DNA of 64,000 bases from a virus. The notes under the pieces were generated by a model. That model worked only from the letters and a program-made list of their open reading frames with translations, was not told the origin of the DNA and searched no databases. Positions 1 through 10,534 of this stretch are shown here, one piece after another. The stretch's first letter is position 1; each line of letters starts with the position of its first letter. The position numbers were made by a program, and so were the translations under genes. The DNA lies in IMG/VR virus record IMGVR_UViG_3300031162_001603, positions 253 to 64,252 of that record. One strand, 5' to 3'.

Positions 1-44
1 TTATCAATAGTATCTTTAACGAGGGTGATTTTTTCTTTTGCCAT
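1..44 (-). CDS. 5' end of a gene running off the left edge (MAKEKITLVKDTID...), possibly a DegT/DnrJ-family sugar aminotransferase/dehydrase
   Basis: Manual translation; ATG at 44 directly downstream of the fcl gene; N-terminus resembles the 'IxLVxDTID' start of DegT-like enzymes in glycan loci. Confidence 0.3.
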   Translation of the reverse strand, partial: MAKEKITLVKDTID

Positions 45-88
45 GTTTCATATTGTTTTTATAATAATATGAAAACTAAAGCATATAA

Positions 89-1012
89 TCAAGTGGTTTG
101 CTTCCAGGTTTCTTGTAAGATAGAATACGTTGAGCTTATCCCATGATAAAGCCTTGTTGCTTTAAATTCTGGAAGTATTCTTTTCATTTTTTCAATAGAT
201 ACATCCTTTCTAAATTGACCATCTGGCTTTGTTGAATCGTATTCTATTTTCATCCCATCAGCCTTGCATGCTCTAAGAGCGGTTCTGGCTATATCATCAA
301 TTGATACATTTTGCTCTGTTGCAACATTAAAGCTATCGTAAATTTCATCATCTAAACACGTTTTAATAACCCTTGCAAGGTCGCTTGAGTGCATAAACTG
401 CCTAAGAGGGGTTCCAGTTCCGAATAGAGTTATCTTATCTTCTCCAGTAGACTTAGCCTGGTGTATCTTTTTGATTAAGGCTGCAACAAAATGACTATTC
501 TCACCAAACTTATCATGCTCCCCATAAAGATTACAAGGAGTAAGGTATTGATAATTAGTTCCATGCTCCTTATTGCATGCGTCTATTTGTACTGCCAAGC
601 AGCGCTTAGCATATCCATAAGAAAAATTAGTTGGAGTTGGTGGTCCTGCATGAAGCATTTCTTCAGTCATCGGATATTCTTCAACTTTATCTGGGAAAAT
701 GCAAGTGCTAAGTATTCCAATAAACCTTTCTACTCCATTATATCGAGCATATTCAACAAGAAGCGTATTCATCAAAACATTATCTGTAAAATAATTACAC
801 GGCTTATTAATGTTATCAATTATTCCCCCTACCTTTGCAGCAAGGTGAATAACAGTATCTGGCTTAAGGTCATGATACATTTGAGCTACACCTCTTTCTG
901 TAGTTAGGTTATAATCTGATGATGATAAATAAATTGCATTTGGCATAATCTTCTTAAGAGATTTTCCAACCATTCCACTACCGCCTGTTACTACTGTTTT
1001 ATTTTCTTTCAT
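89..1012 (-). CDS. fcl: GDP-L-fucose synthase (copy 1)
   Basis: VTGGSGMVG Rossmann motif, HLAAKVGGI, YGYAKR (YxxxK), PCNLYG, DGQFRK. Confidence 0.9.
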   Translation of the reverse strand: MKENKTVVTGGSGMVGKSLKKIMPNAIYLSSSDYNLTTERGVAQMYHDLKPDTVIHLAAKVGGIIDNINKPCNYFTDNVLMNTLLVEYARYNGVERFIGILSTCIFPDKVEEYPMTEEMLHAGPPTPTNFSYGYAKRCLAVQIDACNKEHGTNYQYLTPCNLYGEHDKFGENSHFVAALIKKIHQAKSTGEDKITLFGTGTPLRQFMHSSDLARVIKTCLDDEIYDSFNVATEQNVSIDDIARTALRACKADGMKIEYDSTKPDGQFRKDVSIEKMKRILPEFKATRLYHGISSTYSILQETWKQTT

Positions 1013-1586
1013 TTTTTATTTTATTGTATAATTCTAAATCTTCACTGTAAATATCTAAAATCAAACTCCTAATTTCTTCATCATTTTGGGCCATTTCTAA
1101 ATATGAAGTATGATTACTTTTTAACTGATGTATCAAACTAACGTTAATGCAAAGCTCTTGTTTCATTTTATCAAAATCTTCAGAAAGCGTATCAAACAAA
1201 AGAACATAATCTGCAGTAAAAATATTCCCTTCTGAATCTAATATAGAGTCAACTTGCCTTGTTGTATGAATGTCAAAAAACCCTCTGTTTATTTCTTTTA
1301 AAAACTCTATAAACTTTTCTCTACTACCTTCCTCCATGTTAAAAAAACCCTTACTCCTGGTTAATTCACTTTTTCTTTTCATAACCTCATTGTATTGAGA
1401 CGATATTCTATCCAGAGGGTTTCTTATAACAATAACGGTCCTATATTTTTCATAGTCTTTTAGGTTTTTTAAATTAGAGTGTTCAAACGCACCTAAAGAA
1501 GCTCTAACAGATGTTGAAGCGTTTTTAGGTATATTTATTACCATTATTTTTGTTTCATCATTATAAAATCCAACAACATCTTGCAT
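999..1586 (-). CDS. Sulfotransferase (Sulfotransfer_2-like)
   Basis: INIPKNASTSVR 5'-PSB-like motif, VIRNPLDRISS 3'-PB-like motif, IYSEDLELY C-terminus. Confidence 0.75.
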   Translation of the reverse strand: MQDVVGFYNDETKIMVINIPKNASTSVRASLGAFEHSNLKNLKDYEKYRTVIVIRNPLDRISSQYNEVMKRKSELTRSKGFFNMEEGSREKFIEFLKEINRGFFDIHTTRQVDSILDSEGNIFTADYVLLFDTLSEDFDKMKQELCINVSLIHQLKSNHTSYLEMAQNDEEIRSLILDIYSEDLELYNKIKNERK

Positions 1587-1588
1587 AA

Positions 1589-2374
1589 CTATATTTTAAT
1601 CCACCCTTCACAATAAAGGTCTTCTGTATTATTACCTTCAAGCTCTGGTCCAAACCAAACAGATGGTGCTACAGTAATTTTGTTTTCATTTTTATTAAGC
1701 CAAGCTGCCCACCAACTAAATGTTGAGTTGCAGATTATGTTATTTTTACAATGACTCATTATGTATAAATCTTCATAATCTTTGTTTCCTTCTATGAATC
1801 TAAACTTCTCTGGCATATCTGGGAAGTTTTCTTTGCACCACTGAATGTCATCAGAAAAAATCAAGAAAACAGAATCCTTTGGCATCTTCTTAATTGCCTT
1901 CATATAATAATTCATATTCTGAGTTGGATGATGATTTGGGAACTTAAGATAATCCCCTCTCCTAACGTGAATTGAACATGTGTTATCGTTTTGAAGTAAC
2001 TCTTTTATTTCATCATCCATTTCAATGTCATATGACATAAATATTTTTCTTATATCTTCTTCACAATCTTTAAAGTATTTCTCAGACTGGAAGTATCCAT
2101 ATAGAAGGGTGTTTTTTTTTGGAAAATCTGGAATTTTTTGATAATGAAATCCGTCTTCATTAAATTGATTTCTATCTGCTCCTGATACGTGATACAAATC
2201 AACATCCTTAAAAATATTTTTATCATAAGTAGATAAATGCTGATGCTGACCCATTGACTCTGCTATATTAAATACAGCTTTCTTGCTATGTTTCTTTCCA
2301 TACGCATATGCTGCAGCAACTTGGAACATATAATTTCCAACTCCACCCATTAATATTGATGATACTTCTTTCAT
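1589..2374 (-). CDS. Alpha-1,2-fucosyltransferase (GT11)
   Basis: GGVGNYMFQ, GYFQSEKYF, HVRRGDYL, FSDDIQWCK, NSTFSWWAAWL motifs. Confidence 0.92.
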   Translation of the reverse strand: MKEVSSILMGGVGNYMFQVAAAYAYGKKHSKKAVFNIAESMGQHQHLSTYDKNIFKDVDLYHVSGADRNQFNEDGFHYQKIPDFPKKNTLLYGYFQSEKYFKDCEEDIRKIFMSYDIEMDDEIKELLQNDNTCSIHVRRGDYLKFPNHHPTQNMNYYMKAIKKMPKDSVFLIFSDDIQWCKENFPDMPEKFRFIEGNKDYEDLYIMSHCKNNIICNSTFSWWAAWLNKNENKITVAPSVWFGPELEGNNTEDLYCEGWIKI

Positions 2375-2377
2375 AAT

Positions 2378-3382
2378 TTATAATCTTTTTAATATACTTT
2401 TAACACTATCATCCAAAGCTCTCTCTGGTACCCAATCTAATATCATTTCAGCCTTAGAAATATCTCCATAAATACTTTCTATGTCTCCATCTCTTCTTGG
2501 GTTTATTTCATATTTAACAGGACTACCATTTCTTTCAAATGATTCAATCACTTCCATTACAGTATACCCACTTCCAGAGCCAACGTTAAAAACATCATAT
2601 CCAATACCATCTACAATGCCAAGAGCTTTTACGTGGGCATTTGCCAGGTCATTCACATCTATATAATCTCTAACTGCAGTTCCATCTTTTGTATCATAAT
2701 CATCCCCAAACACTTTTAAGTGTGGATATTGTCCTGATATTACTCCAGTTATATATGGCATAAGGTTCTCTGGGGTTCCTTTTGGGTTCTCATATAATAT
2801 TCCGCTTTCGTGTGCTCCAATTGGATTGAAATATCTTAAGGCAATTGCGTTAATCCCACTATATTTACAGCATGCCTCAATTACTTGCTCACACATTCTT
2901 TTAGTTTCACCATAAGGGCTTTCTGCTGGTTTTATGGGAGTTGTTTCTGTAACTGGATAACTGTCTGGCTGACCATAAACAACACATGAAGATGAAAAGA
3001 TTAGATTCTTAACATTATGATATTTCATAAGTTCCAGAAGTCTTATGGTACTATTGATGTTGTTGTTATAATATTTAAGAGGCTCTCTTGTGGATTCTGA
3101 TACTGATTTATATGCAGCAAAATGTATTACAGCATAAATGTCATAATTTTTAAATATATGAATAATATTATTTCTACCATCTATATCTCTTATATCACCC
3201 TGGAGAAAGAATACTTCTTCTCCAGTAATTTCTTTAACCTTGTCAATAACATTCAGGCTTGAGTTTGAAAGATTGTCAATAACAAAAGGAGTGTATCCGC
3301 ACTCAATTAATTTAACAAGCGTATGACTACCTATGTATCCAAGACCTCCAGTTACCAATATGTTTTTTGTATTATTTTTCAC
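2378..3382 (-). CDS. galE: UDP-glucose 4-epimerase
   Basis: VTGGLGYIGSH, HFAAYKSVSES, YGETK, LRYFNPIGAH, VRDYIDV, RRDGD. Confidence 0.93.
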   Translation of the reverse strand: MKNNTKNILVTGGLGYIGSHTLVKLIECGYTPFVIDNLSNSSLNVIDKVKEITGEEVFFLQGDIRDIDGRNNIIHIFKNYDIYAVIHFAAYKSVSESTREPLKYYNNNINSTIRLLELMKYHNVKNLIFSSSCVVYGQPDSYPVTETTPIKPAESPYGETKRMCEQVIEACCKYSGINAIALRYFNPIGAHESGILYENPKGTPENLMPYITGVISGQYPHLKVFGDDYDTKDGTAVRDYIDVNDLANAHVKALGIVDGIGYDVFNVGSGSGYTVMEVIESFERNGSPVKYEINPRRDGDIESIYGDISKAEMILDWVPERALDDSVKSILKRL

Positions 3383-4289
3383 TTTCTAATTTATAAAAAT
3401 TATAAAAAGATTTAATACCATCGTGTAGTGATGTGAATTTATATCCTGGATTTAGTATTTTCATTTTAGATACATCCAAATCTTTTCTTATCTGCCCATT
3501 TGGCATATTTGAGTCAAATTCAATACCTAAATGCTGAGAGTTAGATGAAACAAGAGCTGTTCTTGCTATGCTTTCTATACTAACGACTTCTTCTGGAGCT
3601 ACATTAAATGATTCTGTAATATCCTTATCAATTACTATTTTAATAATTTCAGCCATATCTTTTGCGTGCATAAACTGTCTCAGAGGAGTTCCGTCTCCAT
3701 ATAAAACAATTTTGTCATCACCGTCAGCGTTGGCATCATATATCTTTTTAACCAATGCTGTAACGTAATGACTTTTGTTCTCATCAATCTTATTGCTTTC
3801 TCCATATAAATTACATGGAATTAGATATTGATAATTGGTTCCATACTGTCTGTTGTATGCTTCAATTTGAACTGCGAAAGACCTTTTGGATATTCCATAT
3901 GAAAATTGAGATTCATTAGGAGGACCCTCATGTAAAGACTCTTCTTTAATAGGAAACTCTTGTGCTTCATCTGGAAATGCGCAGCTGCTTAACATTCCAA
4001 TAAACTTTTTAACCTTGTGTTTGTGTGCAGTTTTTAATGTATTCGTGTTCATCAGGATATTATCATCATAATAATCTGCTGGAAACTCTATATTATCAAT
4101 GAGACCGCCAACTTTAGCTGCAAGGTGAACCACAACGTCTGGCTTATGTATATCAAACATCATTTCAACCTCTTTAATTGAAGTTAAATCAAAATCTTTT
4201 GATGATACATAAACTGCGTTAGGTATTATTTTTTTTAAATAATTCCCAACTAACCCGCTTCCTCCTGTGACTAAAATTTTACTTTCCAT
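3372..4289 (-). CDS. fcl: GDP-L-fucose synthase (copy 2)
   Basis: VTGGSGLVG, HLAAKVGGL, YGISKR, PCNLYG, GDGTPLRQFMH; clear paralogue of 89..1012. Confidence 0.88.
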   Translation of the reverse strand: MESKILVTGGSGLVGNYLKKIIPNAVYVSSKDFDLTSIKEVEMMFDIHKPDVVVHLAAKVGGLIDNIEFPADYYDDNILMNTNTLKTAHKHKVKKFIGMLSSCAFPDEAQEFPIKEESLHEGPPNESQFSYGISKRSFAVQIEAYNRQYGTNYQYLIPCNLYGESNKIDENKSHYVTALVKKIYDANADGDDKIVLYGDGTPLRQFMHAKDMAEIIKIVIDKDITESFNVAPEEVVSIESIARTALVSSNSQHLGIEFDSNMPNGQIRKDLDVSKMKILNPGYKFTSLHDGIKSFYNFYKLESEK

Positions 4290-4292
4290 TAA

Positions 4293-5558
4293 TTAAAATA
4301 TTTTGAAGTAATTGAAATCATCTTCATCTTCAAAAAAATCAAGAACCTGCTTAATACATTGGTCCGTGTTAAAATATTGCCACTGTCCCCAACGACCTAA
4401 ACCGTAAAGCCCATAGTCTTTTGAAAAACTTAAAATACTTTTCATTGATTCCTTGTAAACCTTAGTTGGTAAAGGGTATGAATAAATATTTTCATGTTCA
4501 TACAAAGGAGTTCCAGCTTTCCATTTTTTATCATTTTCAATCCACCTCTTTCTGTTTATGTCAGTCATTACTCCTCCAGGCTTGCTGTGAGGTGCAAAGT
4601 TATGAATATAAAACTCTCTATGTTGCTCAACATCAGGGTTAGGGATATACTTCCAATGAGCACCGTGCTCATATGGTTCTCTCTCCCAAAGAGAAATAAC
4701 ATCACTCAAATATTCTAAGTTTTCAAATTCCTTCTCATAATCAAATCCATCAATCTCTATATCTAAAAGAGTCCAGGGGATGGTGCAAATTATTTTTTTG
4801 GTTTTATATTTACCATCAATAATCCAAACCTCATTTTCTTTATCGTATTTCAAGTTTTTAACCCTTACACCTAATTCAACATGCGATTCAACATGCTTGT
4901 ATATAGAATCAAATATAGTTTGGAATCCTCCTTTTTTAGGATAATAAAAAGACTTGTGACTAACTACTTCTTCAGTAAAATTAGATTTCTTTTCAATAAT
5001 GGTTTTTAATATAAGCTTAATGTCTGTTTTTGGTATTTTACTAAGCCAATCAGTATTTAGAGTTGATATGTCTAGGCACCATAGTTTCTTGTTATAAGGA
5101 ATCATATAGTTATCCGCTATCTTGTCTCCTAAGTAGTTTCTAATCCAATCTTCAAAGTTTTCATATTCTACAGCCTCATTACTTGCGGCCTGGATGTATG
5201 AATGCAAATACTCTATTTGCATTTCGGTTGGCAATTGCCATAGATTTAATTCTATTGGAAATTCTATAGGATGCCCCTCAAGGTCAATTAAAACCTTTGT
5301 GTCGAATTTATTAAAATCATCTATTGAAATGTGTTCAAAAATCCAATCTAACACCTCTTGGTATTTAGAGTGCAATACGTGACCGCCTCCAATATCAAAT
5401 TGATGTCCGTCTACTTCTTTGGTTCTACATAATCCTCCTGGCTCATCTTCACCTTCAAGTAATACAAAATTATCGTTACCTTTTTGCTGTAATCTTCTTG
5501 CAGCTGCAACTCCTGTTACTCCTCCTCCGAGTATTACGTAATCATAAGTGTTATCCAT
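4293..5558 (-). CDS. FAD-dependent oxidoreductase (UDP-galactopyranose mutase/amine oxidase-like) of glycan loci
   Basis: GGGVTG FAD motif, EPGGLCR, DIGGGH, GRWGQWQYFNTDQ. Confidence 0.7.
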   Translation of the reverse strand: MDNTYDYVILGGGVTGVAAARRLQQKGNDNFVLLEGEDEPGGLCRTKEVDGHQFDIGGGHVLHSKYQEVLDWIFEHISIDDFNKFDTKVLIDLEGHPIEFPIELNLWQLPTEMQIEYLHSYIQAASNEAVEYENFEDWIRNYLGDKIADNYMIPYNKKLWCLDISTLNTDWLSKIPKTDIKLILKTIIEKKSNFTEEVVSHKSFYYPKKGGFQTIFDSIYKHVESHVELGVRVKNLKYDKENEVWIIDGKYKTKKIICTIPWTLLDIEIDGFDYEKEFENLEYLSDVISLWEREPYEHGAHWKYIPNPDVEQHREFYIHNFAPHSKPGGVMTDINRKRWIENDKKWKAGTPLYEHENIYSYPLPTKVYKESMKSILSFSKDYGLYGLGRWGQWQYFNTDQCIKQVLDFFEDEDDFNYFKIF

Positions 5559-6427
5559 TATATTTCATTTAATAATTGTTCAACTTTAATTAAGCTATCA
5601 TCTATAATATTATCAAGAAAAGATACATAAACAATGGGGGATTTTGAAAAATTCATTGCTTCATTGTGGTAAAAAACCTTGTATGCGTAATCTGTCTTGT
5701 ATTCTTTATATGTTTGCTCATCTGTTATAATAACGTAGTTTGTGCAATTTATGTTAGAAAACGTTTGAGCTACTAAAGTACCTCCAGACATACTTCCAAT
5801 CAAGTACTTACAATTGTTATTATTAAGTAACGAAGCGTATTCGTCAAGGTTTACATGAAAAATATTAACTCCATTAGCAAAATCTTTAGCTTCTTTTCCA
5901 AAAATATAAATATTAAAACCAGATAATTCAATCTTTTTTATTAGTTCTTCCCAAAACTCTTTGGATAGATTTCTAAACTCAGCCCATTTTCTATATCTTA
6001 AATGTAAACAGCAATACGGTTTACTTGTATCGAAATGACTTATGTCTACGTATTTTATATTTTTAATAACTTCTATATCACTATCAAAAAAAGAGTACTT
6101 TCCTCCTTCTATTTTTGGCAAATAGTGTTCTCGTTTTTTCTCAATTTGTTCACAAACATCAATAACATTTTCTGTAATGTCTATTTTTGAAAAACTCTCA
6201 AAAGAAATTACGTTAGGCCAAAACCCCTGGTATAGAAACATCCTGTCTTTAAGAGTTACAATAACATCATCTTCATCAAGAGCTCCTGTTGAATATAGAT
6301 GTTTTATATGAAGATGAGAAACCATGTACTCCCAACCCAATTCAAAATATTCAGTTAGAACACCTTTCTCGGAATCGCTTTCAAGATTGCCTTCTTTCGT
6401 TTTTTTACCAACAATATAATACTTCAT
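5558..6427 (-). CDS. Hypothetical protein, possible GT-B glycosyltransferase
   Basis: CCLHLRYRKW resembles the HxR motif of GT-B fucosyltransferase-like folds; operon context. Confidence 0.35.
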   Translation of the reverse strand: MKYYIVGKKTKEGNLESDSEKGVLTEYFELGWEYMVSHLHIKHLYSTGALDEDDVIVTLKDRMFLYQGFWPNVISFESFSKIDITENVIDVCEQIEKKREHYLPKIEGGKYSFFDSDIEVIKNIKYVDISHFDTSKPYCCLHLRYRKWAEFRNLSKEFWEELIKKIELSGFNIYIFGKEAKDFANGVNIFHVNLDEYASLLNNNNCKYLIGSMSGGTLVAQTFSNINCTNYVIITDEQTYKEYKTDYAYKVFYHNEAMNFSKSPIVYVSFLDNIIDDSLIKVEQLLNEI

Positions 6428-7461
6428 TTCAATAGTCCTTTTTTTCTAAAATCCTCAAGAGAATCTTCATATTTATTATCTTCTAAATCTCCTTGAGATT
6501 CTACCCACTCTACAAATTTACCTATTCCTTCTTCAAAAGAAACCTTTGGCTCATAACCAAGTGACTTTATTAATGAGATGTCTGCAAAATTATGTCTAAT
6601 GTCACCAACCATTTTCTCTCCAGTGATATTTATGCTTACGTCTGAATTATATTTTTTCTTTAATGTCTCTGCTACTTCAATAACTGTAGTTGCAATTCCA
6701 GAACCAACATTTAAAGCTCCCACTGCTCTATCGTCTTCAATTGCTAAAACTATACTATCAACAACATCGTCAATGTAAACAAAGTCTCTGCTCATTAAGC
6801 CATCATCAAAAATTTGAATATCATTCTTATTATTAATTGCTGTTGAGAATATTGAAAGTATTCCAGTGTAGGGATTCTTAAGCGATTGGCCTGGGCCATA
6901 TACGTTTTGGAATCTTAATGCACAAACTGGAGTATCTGGAAATCCTGTGAATAAAATTTGTTCTTGTGCCAATTTAGTAACAGCATATATTGATTTAGGG
7001 TCTTTAGGGTCATTTTCTCTTGTTGCAAGAGGGTTTCCGTCTAAGTCTACACCCGCATCTCCATAGATAGCCCTTGATGATGCTAAAATTACTTTACCAC
7101 ATTCTATATCACCACTTACTATTAAATCATTTAATATAGCTATTGAGTTTATGTTTGATGAGCAATAAGAATCAGCCTTCATCATAGATTGACCAGTCCC
7201 TGTTTCTGCTGCTAAACATACAATCGCATCAAAATAACCATAAAAATATCTTTTCCAAGAATCAACATCTTCAGCATTTCCAAAAGAAAGTTCACTATAC
7301 TTTGTTGCTCTAATTAGAGTCTCAGAGTTTACAAAAGGATTGTCGCCATGAACTTGCTCTAATAGATTATCTATTATAGTTAAGCTATGTCCATCTTCGG
7401 CTAATTTTTCACATAATCTTGAACCTATAAAACCAGCTCCTCCTGTAATTAATATTCTCAT
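6424..7461 (-). CDS. NAD-dependent nucleotide-sugar epimerase/dehydratase
   Basis: ITGGAGFIGS, LAAETGTGQSM, YAVTK, RFQNVYGPGQ, RDFVYIDD. Confidence 0.88.
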   Translation of the reverse strand: MRILITGGAGFIGSRLCEKLAEDGHSLTIIDNLLEQVHGDNPFVNSETLIRATKYSELSFGNAEDVDSWKRYFYGYFDAIVCLAAETGTGQSMMKADSYCSSNINSIAILNDLIVSGDIECGKVILASSRAIYGDAGVDLDGNPLATRENDPKDPKSIYAVTKLAQEQILFTGFPDTPVCALRFQNVYGPGQSLKNPYTGILSIFSTAINNKNDIQIFDDGLMSRDFVYIDDVVDSIVLAIEDDRAVGALNVGSGIATTVIEVAETLKKKYNSDVSINITGEKMVGDIRHNFADISLIKSLGYEPKVSFEEGIGKFVEWVESQGDLEDNKYEDSLEDFRKKGLLK

Positions 7462-7472
7462 TATTTAATCAG

Positions 7473-8159
7473 TTATTTTTTTATATAACAAAGTTTATTT
7501 ACTCCCCAGTGAGATTTTGGTAATTCAAACATTTTCATATCAACTATATTTTCATTTAAATAATCAGTTTCTTTTTTAGTCATAAAAGGGCTTTTCATTT
7601 TTTTAGTGTCAATATAGTCCTCTAAAACTTCAACTGTTGATTCACCTTCTTTGATAGACATATCATATCCATACAATTCTTTTCCTTGCCAAACTTCTCT
7701 GTCAGATGTGTGTAAATCTTCAAGCCAATATTGCCCACCCTTTTTCACATATTGAAATAGGAAGCCAAGACTTATTTGTTGATGTGCCACTACGTGAGAA
7801 CCATCGTCAATAAGAATGTCAACTTCTCCAATTTGTTCCATTAACTTAAACATCGCAATTCTATCTGATTGGTCACAGATATGTGTAGTAACTCTATCGT
7901 TATTTCTTGGAGAATGATTATCTACGTCAATAGCATGTATCGTTGCGTTTGGAAAATAGTCATACCACATCTTAAGAGATGGGCCAGAGCCTATTCCTAT
8001 TTCTAATATAGTTATTTTTTCATTTCTAATTGATTCCATGTATTTGCTGTACATAGTTGTAAAATGAAGTCTTGGTCCGTGATTACCTGTTTCTGGCGCT
8101 ATAGTCCCTTTGTCAGATGCATATTTATTTGCTATTTGACTTAATAAATCTTCTTTCAT
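7473..8159 (-). CDS. Class I SAM-dependent (sugar O-)methyltransferase
   Basis: ILEIGIGSG, DQSDR, IDDGSH, GGQYWLEDL; pattern of MycE/ElmM-like sugar O-methyltransferases. Confidence 0.8.
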   Translation of the reverse strand: MKEDLLSQIANKYASDKGTIAPETGNHGPRLHFTTMYSKYMESIRNEKITILEIGIGSGPSLKMWYDYFPNATIHAIDVDNHSPRNNDRVTTHICDQSDRIAMFKLMEQIGEVDILIDDGSHVVAHQQISLGFLFQYVKKGGQYWLEDLHTSDREVWQGKELYGYDMSIKEGESTVEVLEDYIDTKKMKSPFMTKKETDYLNENIVDMKMFELPKSHWGVNKLCYIKK

Positions 8160-8863
8160 TATTGTTGATTTTTTGTTTTAAAATAATTCATTTCTTCTGT
8201 TTCTTTTTCTTGATATGTAGATAGTGAATTTGTCACTTGGTCTGCATGCATTCTAACGGTAACAGAAATGTCTGAAATAACCATTGGTTCTCCATACTTT
8301 TGATTTAACCTAAAGTGCATATCAAAGTCGTTTATAATTATCATCTCTTCATCAAATAAATTTGTCTTATCATTTATGAAAAAAGATACACTTGGACAAC
8401 CTATCAAACTACTTGCTGCCATCCCTATATTATTGTAAAGAGATGGGATTATTTCTCTTTTAATTTCATTCTGAGGTTCATATAAGTGATTAAACCCAAA
8501 CGCTCCCCACTTAATGTTTTCATCTTCAGATATTCTTGAAGCCATTAATTCAAGAGCGTTGTCATTGCAAAACTGGTCATCCATATGCATTATCTTTATG
8601 TAGTCTCCAGTTGATGCTTTGATGCCTTCATTCATGTTTATTGAACTATTACCACGACCCTTCTCTGTACGAATATAGACCATACTCATCCTATCTTCCC
8701 AGGTTGTGCAATATTCTTTTATTACATCATCTATAGAGTGGTCTGAAACCACAACTTCAAAATCCTTGTAGGTTTGTGAATTTATAGAATTAAACAAATC
8801 GCCTAACAGACTAACACCCTTACCGTTTGCTTCATATGCCGCTACTACTATTGATATTTTCAT
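8159..8863 (-). CDS. Glycosyltransferase family 2
   Basis: ISIVVAAY, VVSDHS, NMNEGIK, HMDD, NDFDM. Confidence 0.85.
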   Translation of the reverse strand: MKISIVVAAYEANGKGVSLLGDLFNSINSQTYKDFEVVVSDHSIDDVIKEYCTTWEDRMSMVYIRTEKGRGNSSINMNEGIKASTGDYIKIMHMDDQFCNDNALELMASRISEDENIKWGAFGFNHLYEPQNEIKREIIPSLYNNIGMAASSLIGCPSVSFFINDKTNLFDEEMIIINDFDMHFRLNQKYGEPMVISDISVTVRMHADQVTNSLSTYQEKETEEMNYFKTKNQQ

Positions 8864-9663
8864 TTGTCTTTTAGTATTTCTTTAATAACTATTTCTAACC
8901 TATCAATAATAGTAATGTATTTTTGTGATAATTCAAAATTCTTCTCTATAAACTTTAGTTTATCTTGATAGGTGTTTTCATCTAATGAGTTACATATTTT
9001 AACAATATCCTTAACATCTTTTGCTATAAAAAATCCGTTAATATCAAAAAATTTTTCGATATTCTCACAACCCCAAAATATAGGAATTGTCTTGGTCACA
9101 AGACAATCAATTAGTTTTTCTGTGAAGAAATTCTTTTGCTGAGAGTTTTCTATGCAAATATGGAATTGAGATTCGAATAAAGGATTTTTACTATCTCCAA
9201 GATGTTTGTTACCAAAAGAATCTTCTACTCCACCATGGCGGCTAATGTAAAAATCTTTTGGAGAACTTATCTTACCTTGTTTGTAGTGAACCTTCTTTCT
9301 CATTATGTGACCTTTAGTCATTTCTTTAAACCCAGTTAAATGAGATATTTGAAATTTCTTTGGAGCTGTGTTATCAAAATCACTAATCCAGGCTGTGCCG
9401 AATTCCATGAAATATGCATTATCACATTGATTCAATACATCTTCATCATAGGTAATTAAAGCATCAAATTTTTTATGATTTTCAATAGCATGAGATTTGA
9501 ACTTACTTATCTCTTCAGACTCTTTAATCCAAAGTATTTTAAAAGTATCTTTATGAGAATTATAGCCAGTAAAATTATCTACAAACAATTCTATTGGACG
9601 ATTAAACTCAACCTCTATACTTGGCCAAGATGGCTCGCTTGTGCTATTTACTAGTTGTTTCAC
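8860..9663 (-). CDS. GT10-like alpha-1,3/4-fucosyltransferase
   Basis: FHICIENSQQKNFFTEKLIDCL..TIPIFWG matches the GT10 alpha3-FucT motif. Confidence 0.75.
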   Translation of the reverse strand: MKQLVNSTSEPSWPSIEVEFNRPIELFVDNFTGYNSHKDTFKILWIKESEEISKFKSHAIENHKKFDALITYDEDVLNQCDNAYFMEFGTAWISDFDNTAPKKFQISHLTGFKEMTKGHIMRKKVHYKQGKISSPKDFYISRHGGVEDSFGNKHLGDSKNPLFESQFHICIENSQQKNFFTEKLIDCLVTKTIPIFWGCENIEKFFDINGFFIAKDVKDIVKICNSLDENTYQDKLKFIEKNFELSQKYITIIDRLEIVIKEILKDK

Positions 9664-10534
9664 CTAATTCTTCTTTTAGTAATTCATAGACTTCAGGATT
9701 TACTTCAATTCCATCCAATTCCCCTTCGAACAATAACTTATGATATAATCCATATCTTTTCATTGCCCAGTCAACATAACCCTTAGCGGCTTGTCCAGGC
9801 CCTTGTGTATAAAACTTCATTCCAGACCCGACTCCAGCAAAATGCATTAAGTTGTTTCCAAAGTCCATATCATCATTTAATTTCGGATGACTATTATTCC
9901 TATTTCCTTCTGGAGTTAATCCTCCAACATCATCTGGAGATAAGAAGAAAATCTTTCCTCCATTGTTTAATATGTCAAAACAAACTGGGTCAAAATAATC
10001 AAGAATAGGATGGTTTAACGGGTTATGATAACCAACAACCATTTGCCTTAATGTTGGAAACTCAAAATCGCTTATCTTAGCCTTATTGAATGCGTAGAAA
10101 TAAGTTTGAGAGACATCTTCTAAACCTACAAGGTCAGTCTTTCCATTCATATTATTCTCATAACATCTTCTTGGACCAACTATGTCATATCCTTCATCTA
10201 TCTTATCTGTAAGTAAAGAGATTGATTCTTTTCTAAAAATAACATCACTATCAAAATGAATAACATAATCATATCCATTTGAAAATTCTTTTATAACTCT
10301 TGCTCCTATATGAGCTGTGCCCATATGTCCATGATTAAAGCATTCCTTTAATTCCTGGTCATCGCTAAGCTCCATGTATTCTACATTTTTGAACTTGCCT
10401 AATTCTTTAAAATCTTTGTGTGTTCCGAATACGTGAACTTTTGTCTCAGGGTGGTGTTCAAAAAAGGACTCAAGGCACTTTTTTAAAATTAAACCACAAC
10501 CATAGGCTTCTGTAAATATAAATGCTTTATTCAT
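9644..10534 (-). CDS. Putative GT-A glycosyltransferase
   Basis: IHFDSDVIF DxD motif, HFAGVG; operon context. Confidence 0.5.
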   Translation of the reverse strand: MNKAFIFTEAYGCGLILKKCLESFFEHHPETKVHVFGTHKDFKELGKFKNVEYMELSDDQELKECFNHGHMGTAHIGARVIKEFSNGYDYVIHFDSDVIFRKESISLLTDKIDEGYDIVGPRRCYENNMNGKTDLVGLEDVSQTYFYAFNKAKISDFEFPTLRQMVVGYHNPLNHPILDYFDPVCFDILNNGGKIFFLSPDDVGGLTPEGNRNNSHPKLNDDMDFGNNLMHFAGVGSGMKFYTQGPGQAAKGYVDWAMKRYGLYHKLLFEGELDGIEVNPEVYELLKEELGETTSK

